Shown here piece after piece: positions 1 through 8,339 of a stretch of DNA of 46,090 bases; the first letter of the stretch is position 1; each line of letters starts with the position of its first letter. Source of the stretch: a candidate division WOR-3 bacterium (GTDB lineage Bacteria > Hydrothermota > Tepidihabitantia > Tepidihabitantales > Tepidihabitantaceae); the NCBI GenBank assembly GCA_037441285.1, contig JBBISL010000013.1:1286-47375 (forward strand), in the 5' to 3' direction. The position numbers were made by a program, and so were the translations under genes. The notes under the pieces were generated by a model, which searched no databases, was not told the DNA's origin, and saw only the letters and a program-made list of their open reading frames with translations.

Positions 1-43
1 GGAAGTTGGTGTGTAGAATTAAGGTAAACAAACTGGAGGTATT

Positions 44-1060
44 ATGAAGAAGGCGTTAGTTTTGATGGCGCTGTTGCTCGCGGTGTCCGCAGGATACCAG
101 CGGGTGGTGGTGCTGGAAGAGGCGTATCAGGAGGGTTGAGGCTCCTGCAATCCTGCCAGCGGTCGGCTGGACCAAATATGTTATGATTATGCGGGTTATG
201 TGGTAGCGGTTGAGTGGCACACCGTTTCGTCCTATCCGCTCTATTCTTCCGAGGGCAGGGCGAAGTGGTTTATGTATCCCGGTCCTTACAATGGTAGTTA
301 TGCAACGCCGTGGCTGTGGGTTGATGGACGGCAGCGCGGGTATAACTACAATCTGTGGGCAAGTTATGTGGCGGCGCAGGTTTCGGTTCCAACACCGGTG
401 CAGATTACCCTGGTGGGCAGTTATGACCCCTCAAGCCGGAATGGGACAATCAAGGCGCTGATTCAGAACGATTCTACCGATGACATCACCGCCCGCGTTT
501 CAGTGGTGATTACCGAGGACTCCTGCTATTATTTAGGACCGAATGGCGACTCGTGGCACAATCATGTTTGCCGGGATTATATCCCGAATCAGTACGGCAC
601 GGTTTTGACCATTCCAGCGGGCGGGATGGATTCAGTTGAGCAGCCGTTTACCATCGCCAGTACCTGGAATGAGGAGAAGTGTAAGGTGGTGGTTTACGCC
701 CAGAGCACCACGATGGTGCCGGCAGACTCGTCTTATCCCGCTTTTCAGGGGGCAGAGGTGCGAGTGCTGGACCTGGTTGGTGTGAAGGAGGAGAAGCCAG
801 CGCGCGTTGAGGTGCGTTCTTTGCAGGTGACACCCAATCCGTGTAAGGGCAGGGCAACGATTCAGTTTGCGACAACCAGCCCGGCACCTTATGAGGTTGC
901 GGTGTTGTCTTCGGATGGCAGGTTGGTGGAAAGGTTTTCCGGCGTTGCCGAGGGCGAGACCAATCTGCGGTTGGCGAAGAATCTTGCCGGGGGCGTGTAT
1001 CTGTATCGCGTGAGCGTTGCGGGCAGGAGCCACACCGGGAAACTGGTGGTTTCGGAGTAG
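44..1060 (+). CDS. Omp28-related thioredoxin-fold secreted protein with C-terminal T9SS/CTD-like domain; candidate selenoprotein (UGA at 137-139)
   Basis: GGAGG at 35-39, then ATG at 44 in frame with ORF 200..1060. Reads MKKALVLMALLLAVSAGYQRVVVLEEAYQEG-TGA-GSCNP...VAVEWH. Signal peptide, RVVVLEE...UxxC motif, P-x-L-x-VDG, HNHVCR Omp28-like motifs, C-terminal PNP...GRLV...GVYLY...KLVV. Confidence 0.85.
156..170 (+). promoter_or_regulatory. Putative bacterial SECIS apical hairpin
   Basis: CCAGC-GGTCG-GCTGG stem-loop. The G-rich loop begins 21 nt after the in-frame TGA and resembles the GGUCU loop of the E. coli fdhF SECIS. Confidence 0.7.
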
Positions 1061-1078
1061 CGGGTAGTCGCCGAGATT

Positions 1079-1106
1079 GCGGGGCAGGTTTCTGCCCCGC
1101 TTTTTT
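1079..1106 (+). terminator. Rho-independent terminator
   Basis: GCGGGGCAG-gttt-CTGCCCCGC followed by TTTTTT, just after the stop at 1060. Confidence 0.85.
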
Positions 1107-2275
1107 TAATGGTAGAAGAGGCGGAGGTGGGTGAATATCATCACCATCTGGTATTCGTCCGCAGCGGTGATAATGGTTTCGTCGCGGGTTGAGCCACCCG
1201 GCTGGATGACATATTGGACATTGGAACGGGCGGCACGGTCAAGGTTGTCGCGGAAGGGGATGAAGCCGTCCGAAGCAAGGCAGATGCCGTCAAATTTTGC
1301 GAGCCATTGCTGTTTTTCTTCGCGGCTGAAGGGTTGGGGCGGTTCAAGAAGGAGTGTAAGGAAGGGCTGGAGTTCTTGCGGGGTGGCGGTTTCTTCAAGG
1401 ATGATGTCAATGGCGGTCGCCTTTTCGGCGCGGGGCGTACCTTTTTTGAACTTTAGGTTAAGGATGCGGGGGTGAAGGCGTAAGAACCATTTGTCGGCTT
1501 TGGCGCAGGCGAGTCGGGTGCAGTGGATGCGGGACTGTTGACCCGCGCCCACGCCGATGACCTGGCCATCGTAGGTTAAGACGATGGAGTTGGACTGGGT
1601 GTATTTTAAGGTGATGAGGGCAAGGAGGAGGTCAAGTTTTACCGTGTCGGGGATGTGCTTTTTCTCGGTAACCACATTTTTGAGCAGGGTTTGGTCAATT
1701 GGTGCGTTGTTGCGTTCCTGTTCAAGAAAGATGCCAAAGAGCTGGCGGATTTCAATGGGGGGCGGGTTGTAACCAGGGTCAATCTGGAGGATGGGGTATT
1801 TGCCGTTTTTCTTCTGTTTGAGGATGGCGAGGGCTTGGGGTTCGTAACCAGGTGCGATGCAGCCGTCCGAGACCTCGCGGGCTAAAAGGCGGGCGGTGGC
1901 GATGTCAACAGGGTCAGAGAATGCTGCCCAGTCACCAAAGGTCGCCATCCGGTCAGCACCACGAGCACGGGCATAGGCAGCGGCAAGGGGTGAGAGTTCA
2001 AGGTCCGGCACGAAGAGCGATTTTTTGAGGTCGGATGAGAGCGGTTTGCCGATTGCGGCGCCAGCCGGACTGGTGTGTTTGAAACTGGCAGCAGCCGGAA
2101 GGCTGGTAAGTTGTTTTAACTCGCGGACCAGTTGCCAGGAGTTAAGGCTGTCGATGATGTTGATGTAACTGGGGTCGCCGTTGACGATTTTGAGCGGTAG
2201 TTTGCCTTCGGGTAGAAAGACGCGCGCCGATTTCTGGTGGGGGTTGGTTCCGTAGCGAAGTTTGATTTCGTCCAA
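1106..2275 (-). CDS. purH: AICAR transformylase (PurH-type, lacking the N-terminal IMP cyclohydrolase domain)
   Basis: LRYGTNPHQ, SFKHTSPAGAA, KYTQSNS, GAGQQSRIHC, ASDGFIPFRDN, QPGGS motifs; 389 aa. Confidence 0.9.
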   Translation of the reverse strand: MDEIKLRYGTNPHQKSARVFLPEGKLPLKIVNGDPSYINIIDSLNSWQLVRELKQLTSLPAAASFKHTSPAGAAIGKPLSSDLKKSLFVPDLELSPLAAAYARARGADRMATFGDWAAFSDPVDIATARLLAREVSDGCIAPGYEPQALAILKQKKNGKYPILQIDPGYNPPPIEIRQLFGIFLEQERNNAPIDQTLLKNVVTEKKHIPDTVKLDLLLALITLKYTQSNSIVLTYDGQVIGVGAGQQSRIHCTRLACAKADKWFLRLHPRILNLKFKKGTPRAEKATAIDIILEETATPQELQPFLTLLLEPPQPFSREEKQQWLAKFDGICLASDGFIPFRDNLDRAARSNVQYVIQPGGSTRDETIITAADEYQMVMIFTHLRLFYH

Positions 2276-2316
2276 GGTAATAAGTTATTAAAAAGTAAAG
2301 CGGGTGTCAAATCGGT

Positions 2317-3132
2317 TTAAGTTATGGGCAATGTCCGGCGTTTGGGGGAGAAGAGGAGCGCAATGCCAAAGATGAAACTGGCGACGCAGATGATTGAGGC
2401 ACCGGTGGGCAGGTTGAAGAGGTAGGAAAGGAGAAGTCCGATAAGGGAGGCGCTGACCGAAAACAGGACCGAGAGCACATACATTGTGCGCAGGCGGTAG
2501 GTAAGTTGATAGGCAGCCGATGCCGGACTAACCACGAGGCTGAACACCAGTAAGCCGCCAACGGTGTTGAGGTTGACGGTGACCGCAATGCCGGTTAAAA
2601 GGATGAGGGCAAAGAAAATCGCCTTTTCCGGCACACCAACCGCCCGGGCGATTTCGCGGTTGAAGAGTACGGCGCGAATTTCTTTGGCAAGGGCAAGGAG
2701 GAACCCAATAATGATAAAGAAGAGGACCGCGAGAATCAAGATGTCACGCCGGGAGACAAGTAAAATGTTGCCCCAGATGAAGTTGAACGCTTCGGTGCGC
2801 GGTCCTTTTAAGAGCCCGATGCCGAGGAAGGCAAGCCCGAGCATCAGGGAAAATATCACACCCAAAGCGACCCCGGGTTCAAAGTCCGCCTTTTCGGCGA
2901 TGGGACCGATTAAGAGGGTGGTGAGCAGGCAGAAGAGAAGGGCGGGGAAAAGCGGGTCAATGCCGAGAAGTAGTCCGGCGATGGCGCCGGCAAATGCGGC
3001 ATGGGACATTGCGACGCCGACAAACGGAATGTTTAAGAGTACAACCCAGACGCCGATGATGCCGCAAATGGTGCCGCCGAGCAGGGCAGCGAGCAGGGCA
3101 CGGGAAAACAGTTGCGACTCAACCATTGCCAA
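2317..3132 (-). CDS. Metal ABC transporter permease (ZnuB/ABC-3 family)
   Basis: Very hydrophobic; AMSHAAFAG, VGGLLVFSLVVSPASAA, LPTGASII motifs. Confidence 0.9.
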   Translation of the reverse strand: MAMVESQLFSRALLAALLGGTICGIIGVWVVLLNIPFVGVAMSHAAFAGAIAGLLLGIDPLFPALLFCLLTTLLIGPIAEKADFEPGVALGVIFSLMLGLAFLGIGLLKGPRTEAFNFIWGNILLVSRRDILILAVLFFIIIGFLLALAKEIRAVLFNREIARAVGVPEKAIFFALILLTGIAVTVNLNTVGGLLVFSLVVSPASAAYQLTYRLRTMYVLSVLFSVSASLIGLLLSYLFNLPTGASIICVASFIFGIALLFSPKRRTLPIT

Positions 3133-3853
3133 ACACCTTTTGCTGCCACTCGGGTTTCAGCGCCTCAGGGCGCGGACCATCAAAGACAATTCGGGCGTCT
3201 TTCATCATAATCAGGCGGGGGCAAATTAAAGGCAGGTGTTCAATCAGATGGGTGACCATCAGGATGGTGAGGTGGAACCGCTGGTAAACTGTTGTCAGGA
3301 GGTTAGAGATTTCCTGGACCGAAGGCGGGTCAAGGTTTGCGGTTGGTTCGTCAAGGAGCAAGATTTTCGGTTCGGGCAAAAGCGCCCGCGCCAGCGCAAC
3401 CTTTTGCATTTCGCCGCCCGAAATCTTGCCCACAGGGCGGTTGCGCAGGTGAGCGATGCGGAACAGGTTGAGCAGTTCGTTTGCCTGGTTCTGCTCTTTT
3501 TTTCCGACCGGATGGAAAAGCCCGGCTTTGCCAAAGGCACCGATAAGAACCGCATCCCAGACCGTGAAAGGCACGCGGGGGTCAATGTGCAGTTGCTGGG
3601 GGACATAGCCGATATTCTCGCGCCAGCGCCGGATGTTGCGGTGGGTAACTTTTTCACCAAACAGGTAAACCGCGCCGGCGTGCAAGCGCCCTAAGCCGTT
3701 GACAACGGTTAAGAGGGTGGTTTTGCCGGCACCGTTAGGTCCGATGATACCGACAAATTCGCCGGCATTGACGGTAAGGGAAATGTTGCGCAGGGCAATG
3801 TGTTCGTAGTAACTGACCGTGACATCTTTAATCGCAATGGCGGGTGGTGTCAC
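3119..3853 (-). CDS. Metal ABC transporter ATP-binding protein
   Basis: Walker A GPNGAGKT, ISGGEMQK signature, LLLDEP, IGYVPQ. Confidence 0.92.
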   Translation of the reverse strand: MTPPAIAIKDVTVSYYEHIALRNISLTVNAGEFVGIIGPNGAGKTTLLTVVNGLGRLHAGAVYLFGEKVTHRNIRRWRENIGYVPQQLHIDPRVPFTVWDAVLIGAFGKAGLFHPVGKKEQNQANELLNLFRIAHLRNRPVGKISGGEMQKVALARALLPEPKILLLDEPTANLDPPSVQEISNLLTTVYQRFHLTILMVTHLIEHLPLICPRLIMMKDARIVFDGPRPEALKPEWQQKVFGNG

Positions 3854-4650
3854 TCAATAACTTTAAGGAGCGATTTGCCGTTATCAAGCACGGTTTTGAG
3901 GTAGTCGCCGTCAAAGGGAAAGTTGGTGAGGGTGATATGCCGGACCCGGGCGGCTTCGGCAAGCGGTTTGCCCGCATCCGGACCGGACTGGAGGTTGTCA
4001 ACCACCAAGCCAATACCGGAGTCAACCATGATTCGGGCGAGGCGGGAAAGTTCCCGGGCGGTTAAGTCTTCGGGTCTGCCATAGGTGCCGACAACCTGGA
4101 ATCCCAGCCATCGGAGGAATTCAGCCTGGTGTTCGCTGGCAAGCACCCGGGGCAGGTTTTTGTTGGTGAACATCGTTTGCAGAGTGCGTGCGACTGAGTC
4201 AATCTGGGCAAGGTAACGCTGGCAATTTCTAATAAACAGGATGCTGTCCGCCGGTACATTCTGGATGAGGAGTGCGGTCAGTTCTTCGGTCGCCTTTTTT
4301 TGAATTGGCGGGACCATCCAGTTGCCCCGGGTTTGCAGGGTTATCCAGTTTGCCTTTGGATTCTGGGTTTCCGGTTTGAGTTTTTCCATCCAGCCTTCCC
4401 AGCCGTGATAGAGAATGAGTTGCGCATCCTGGGCAGTGGCAATCGCCTGGGGCTTGAGGTCAAAGTGCCCCGGACACATTCCAGCCGGGGCGATGGTTGT
4501 GACATTGACCTTACCGTTGCCGATATTCTGAACAATCGTTGCGATGAGTGTGGTTGATGCCACGACCTTCAATCGCCGCTTTGGGGCAGCGGTCCGGCAG
4601 GCAGCAACAAGAAGGGCAAGGAGGATAAGTAAGGTGCAGGTTCGTCTCAT
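3850..4650 (-). CDS. Metal ABC transporter substrate-binding lipoprotein (ZnuA/TroA fold)
   Basis: Lipobox LVAAC; VVASTT...IG...V; CPGHFDLKP occupies the DPH position; located in an ABC-3 operon. Confidence 0.85.
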   Translation of the reverse strand: MRRTCTLLILLALLVAACRTAAPKRRLKVVASTTLIATIVQNIGNGKVNVTTIAPAGMCPGHFDLKPQAIATAQDAQLILYHGWEGWMEKLKPETQNPKANWITLQTRGNWMVPPIQKKATEELTALLIQNVPADSILFIRNCQRYLAQIDSVARTLQTMFTNKNLPRVLASEHQAEFLRWLGFQVVGTYGRPEDLTARELSRLARIMVDSGIGLVVDNLQSGPDAGKPLAEAARVRHITLTNFPFDGDYLKTVLDNGKSLLKVIE

Positions 4651-4653
4651 AGG

Positions 4654-6471
4654 TCAGTTGTTGATGTCAATGCCTATTGTCCAGGAACGGCCTGGCATCT
4701 GATACAGTCCAGCAGCACTGCCCGGTAAACTGGCGAACGCCTGATATTTCCGGTCAAGAAGGTTTTCCACCGCCCCTGAGATGGAGAGCTGGTTCAGGAG
4801 TTGATAGCGAATGCGCAGGTCAACGGTGTGAAATGAGGGGATAGGAGTTTTGCTTGAATCTTCCGCATAGTAGCGGCTTACCGCGTTCAGGAGTACTGTG
4901 CCGGTAAATCTGCCTGGATTGAGCGCGAGCGCCACATTCAGTTTTTGTCCGGGTCGGGCTCTGGTATGGACGCCAAAGTCGTTGACGGTTGCGGTGGTGC
5001 GCAGGCTGAAGATACGGTAGTTGAGTTCGAGAGAGGCTTCAATCCCTCTGAATTGGAACGCACCTTTGTTCTGGAATTTAACCGGCGGCGGTGGTGTTGG
5101 GTTGGGCGCGGTTTCAATCAGGTTGTCACCTTTGAGGATGAAGCCGGCGATGTCCAGTTGTAAGAAGGAGGCAATCCGCTGGTTCAAGCCGAGTTCGTAG
5201 TTCCAGGATATTTCCGGCAGAAGTTCGGGGTTTTTCGGCGGGAAGATGCTGGTGTAGTTGAAGGGTGGGAAGCGGAACCCTTTGTTGACATTGAGGCGGA
5301 GCGCGGTGCCAAAAGGTGTTTTGCCCACAAGACCGAATTTTGGGGCAAAGGCGTTGCCTGAGATGTTGTCGCGGGCAAAACGGGCACCAGCGGTGGCGAT
5401 GAGGGGTCCGATTGTCTGTTCATCGGCGATGAAGATGTCAAACTGGCTGCGGGACCAGGATGGTTTGCTGGTGTCGGATAGCTGAGTGCCGCCGAGCCTT
5501 TTGAGTTCAATTCCACCCTGGATAAGGTTTTTGAAGCCAAACTGGTGGTGGAGGTGTAAAAGGGCACCGTTGGTGTAGTCGGTTGAGTGCCAGCCGTCAC
5601 TTGGGTCAAACAGATGTTCGCCAAAGTTGCGATACAACTTGAACATACCGTTTATTTTGTGCCGGAGCTTAAAGGTCAAGTCAACACCGCCCCGGTCGTA
5701 CTGATTCCAGCCGCTGGCATCGAATGTATCCGGGTCGGTGGCGCGCTTTGGTTCGTGCTTGACACCGGTGAAGTATTTGCCGCTGAAGTCCAAGCCCAAT
5801 GCCGGGGAGAGGTCGTAACCAGCACGGAGCGCAATATCGTTGCCGTTGTACTGCGAGTTGGGCAGATGGCCCTGCGAAATGTCTTTGGCAAAGGAGACAA
5901 GGGTGTGGAGTTGTTGCCATCGGGTACCAGCACTGATGCGTGCGCCAACAGTTTGAAATGAGCCGTAAGATAGCCGGGCGTTGAGGTCAAGCGGTTTTGT
6001 CGCTTTGCGGGTGATGATATTGACGACGCCGCCCAGTGCGTCGGAGCCGTAGAGGACCGAAAGCGGACCGCGCACCAGTTCAATCCGTTCGACATTGTTT
6101 AAGGGCAGGGTGTGGGTGACGGTGCAGCCGAAGAGCGACATCTTTTCGGGCCGGCCATCGATTAAGACGGCAATCTGAGTCCCTTTGTCTCCAACCCCGC
6201 GGATGTCGATGTCGGTTCGGCCGAACTGGCCGGTGCGCTGGATGAAAACGCCGGGCAGCAAAGCAAGCGCATCGGTCGCGCTGCGGGCGCCAGAAGAGCG
6301 CAACTCCTCGCCGGTAACAACGCTGACCGATGCGGCAAGGTCGCGGATGTGATGGGGCACCCGTTCCGCGGTGATTACCACCTCTGGCAGGGTTAACACC
6401 ACCGAATCACGGGGCAAACCGTTTGACACCAGAAAAAGGGTCGTGGTGATGAGCAGTAAATATTTCATCAT
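4654..6471 (-). CDS. TonB-dependent receptor
   Basis: EVVITAER TonB box, plug motif IERIELVRGPLSVLYGSDALGGVVNIIT, C-terminal NLLDRKY...PGRSW. Confidence 0.93.
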   Translation of the reverse strand: MMKYLLLITTTLFLVSNGLPRDSVVLTLPEVVITAERVPHHIRDLAASVSVVTGEELRSSGARSATDALALLPGVFIQRTGQFGRTDIDIRGVGDKGTQIAVLIDGRPEKMSLFGCTVTHTLPLNNVERIELVRGPLSVLYGSDALGGVVNIITRKATKPLDLNARLSYGSFQTVGARISAGTRWQQLHTLVSFAKDISQGHLPNSQYNGNDIALRAGYDLSPALGLDFSGKYFTGVKHEPKRATDPDTFDASGWNQYDRGGVDLTFKLRHKINGMFKLYRNFGEHLFDPSDGWHSTDYTNGALLHLHHQFGFKNLIQGGIELKRLGGTQLSDTSKPSWSRSQFDIFIADEQTIGPLIATAGARFARDNISGNAFAPKFGLVGKTPFGTALRLNVNKGFRFPPFNYTSIFPPKNPELLPEISWNYELGLNQRIASFLQLDIAGFILKGDNLIETAPNPTPPPPVKFQNKGAFQFRGIEASLELNYRIFSLRTTATVNDFGVHTRARPGQKLNVALALNPGRFTGTVLLNAVSRYYAEDSSKTPIPSFHTVDLRIRYQLLNQLSISGAVENLLDRKYQAFASLPGSAAGLYQMPGRSWTIGIDINN

Positions 6472-6902
6472 TTTGCCTCCTTTTTTTCGGGTAATCCCAG
6501 TAAAATGAGCCCGCCCTGCTCAACCCCTTTCAATGCCCGCATCTGGTCGGCAACCTGCTGAATCTCTTCTGCCCTGCCCCGCAGGATTAGGGCTTCAAGA
6601 CAGTTGTGCTCGTCAAGATGGATGTGGATGGTTGTAACCACATCAGTAAAAAATTTATGGCCCAGCCGGGTAAGCCGTTTACTTACCTCCCGGCGTTCAT
6701 GATTGAACACAATAGCCAGGATGCCGAACGCGGGACCTTTACCCTGTTTCAGCTGTCGACTGGAGAGCCATTGCCGCGCCAGATCGCGCAGCGCTTCGGA
6801 GCGGCATTCGTAACCGGCGAGCGCAATCTCACGGTCAAATTTTTTAAGCAGGTCTGGTTCAAACGAGACGCCGAACCGTTCGGCTTCTTTTCTTTTACCC
6901 AT
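6468..6902 (-). CDS. nikR: Nickel-responsive transcriptional regulator NikR
   Basis: RHH N-terminus RFGVS...RSEALRDL; metal site HIHLDEHNCLE. Confidence 0.93.
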   Translation of the reverse strand: MGKRKEAERFGVSFEPDLLKKFDREIALAGYECRSEALRDLARQWLSSRQLKQGKGPAFGILAIVFNHERREVSKRLTRLGHKFFTDVVTTIHIHLDEHNCLEALILRGRAEEIQQVADQMRALKGVEQGGLILLGLPEKKEAK

Positions 6903-7178
6903 CTAACGCCTCCGGTTTATTAAGAGTGCACCCAGCCAGATTAGAAGCACCGGGCAGAGCATCACGATGCCCAGAACGGCGCCGTTTTTAATCAAGCCGT
7001 CGGTTTGGGTTTCAAAAAAGGGACCGCCTTCATACCCGAGGATGTGGTCAACAAAAATCATCACCGTGGCGCCCCAGAGCATCAGGCTCAACAACCCCAA
7101 CTTGAACCGGCCGTTAAGCAGTCGATAAAGAATGGTGGCGATAACCGCTGCCAGAAATGTGGTAATCAGCCAGTCCAT
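6903..7178 (-). CDS. Small hypothetical membrane protein
   Basis: Three hydrophobic segments with LWGATVMIFVDH; coupled to neighbouring genes. Confidence 0.75.
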   Translation of the reverse strand: MDWLITTFLAAVIATILYRLLNGRFKLGLLSLMLWGATVMIFVDHILGYEGGPFFETQTDGLIKNGAVLGIVMLCPVLLIWLGALLINRRR

Positions 7179-7504
7179 CGTTTTGCTCCGGCTTCAGTTT
7201 TGACTGAGAAACGCTGGGCAAGGAAGACCATTACCAGCCACAGCGCAAAGATGGCGAGGGTCATTGTGCCGCCGACGGTAAGCATCTCTTTGAGCATCGT
7301 CGGAATGTCATTGGGGTTTTTCATTGCGGTTAAAAAAGGGGGATAAGGAATTACCTCTTGATGGGCGATGTGCTCAACCGCAAGCATTGTCACACCACCC
7401 CAGAGGAGCGAATTGAGCCACTCCGGGTGCAACCGTTCCGGGATTTTACGCCGGAGAACGGTTGTTGCCGTCGCCGCAGCGGCAGGAACGAGAAAACATG
7501 CCAT
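7166..7504 (-). CDS. Small hypothetical membrane protein (first gene of nikR operon)
   Basis: GGAG RBS; MACFLVP N-terminus; LWGGVTMLAVEHIAH motif similar to the next gene. Confidence 0.8.
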   Translation of the reverse strand: MACFLVPAAAATATTVLRRKIPERLHPEWLNSLLWGGVTMLAVEHIAHQEVIPYPPFLTAMKNPNDIPTMLKEMLTVGGTMTLAIFALWLVMVFLAQRFSVKTEAGAKRWTG

Positions 7505-7516
7505 ATTTACTCCCTT

Positions 7517-7545
7517 CGTGTTACTTTTTTGATAATAGTAGCACG
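7517..7545. promoter_or_regulatory. NikR operator overlapping sigma70 promoter
   Basis: CGTGTTAC-N13-GTAGCACG inverted repeat (1 mismatch). It overlaps the minus-strand -10 TACTAT (7540-7535); the -35 TTGACT is at 7562-7557. Confidence 0.8.
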
Positions 7546-7616
7546 GAGAGATTAGCAGTCAAGAAAAACATTGTCGAAGTTTCTTGCCCATTGCAACTTT
7601 TTTGTTATCATCGGCT

Positions 7617-8339
7617 ATGGAACCGGCGGTAGTTGTCGACGATTTGGTGCGGGACTATGGCGTGCTGCGTGCGGTCGACCGCATCGGGTTTGAGATTAAA
7701 CCGGGCGAGGTTTTCGGGCTGATTGGTCCAAACGGTTCGGGGAAGACGACGACTTTAAGGGTCATCGCAACACTGTTAAAACCGAGCGGCGGTGGGGTTA
7801 AGGTTTTTGGCCGGGATGTGGTTAAAGAGGCGGCAGCGGTGCGAAGGATGGTGAGTTATCTGCCCGAAGAAGCCGGGGCGTATCGGAACCTTTCCGGGCT
7901 TGACTATTTGCGGTTTATGGCAACCTTTTATTCGGCGGACACGGTGGAACGGGATAAACTGGTGGAGCAGGCGATGGCGATTGCCGATTTAGGACGCCGG
8001 ATTCAGGATAAGGTCGATACATATTCCAAGGGTATGACGCGGAAACTGCTTTTAGCCCGGGCGTTGATGAGCAGTCCAAAACTGGCGATTCTTGATGAGC
8101 CAACATCGGGATTGGATGTTGAGAACTCAATTGTCATCAGACAGAAGATTAAGGAGTTTGCGGCGCGGGGGACAACGATTCTGCTGTCCTCGCACAATAT
8201 GCTCGAGGTGGAGTTCCTTTCCGAGCGGGTGGCGCTGTTGCGGCAGGGGCGGCTCATTGCCCTGGGTACGCCGGAAGAGTTGAAATCCCGCTGGAGCGCT
8301 CGTAACCTTGAAGAGGTTTTTCTGAAGGCGGGCCAATGA
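7617..8339 (+). CDS. ABC-2 type exporter ATP-binding protein
   Basis: GPNGSGKT, YSKGM, ILDEPTSGLD, LLSSH. Start moved to ATG 7617, 5 nt after -10 TATCAT. Confidence 0.9.
   Translation: MEPAVVVDDLVRDYGVLRAVDRIGFEIKPGEVFGLIGPNGSGKTTTLRVIATLLKPSGGGVKVFGRDVVKEAAAVRRMVSYLPEEAGAYRNLSGLDYLRFMATFYSADTVERDKLVEQAMAIADLGRRIQDKVDTYSKGMTRKLLLARALMSSPKLAILDEPTSGLDVENSIVIRQKIKEFAARGTTILLSSHNMLEVEFLSERVALLRQGRLIALGTPEELKSRWSARNLEEVFLKAGQ

Noticed and set aside
137..139. UGA as Trp/Gly from an alternative genetic code
   Set aside because: TGA terminates many genes here (e.g. ends at 3119, 3850, 8339, 18721) and TGG is used for Trp. The position matches the first Cys of CxxC.
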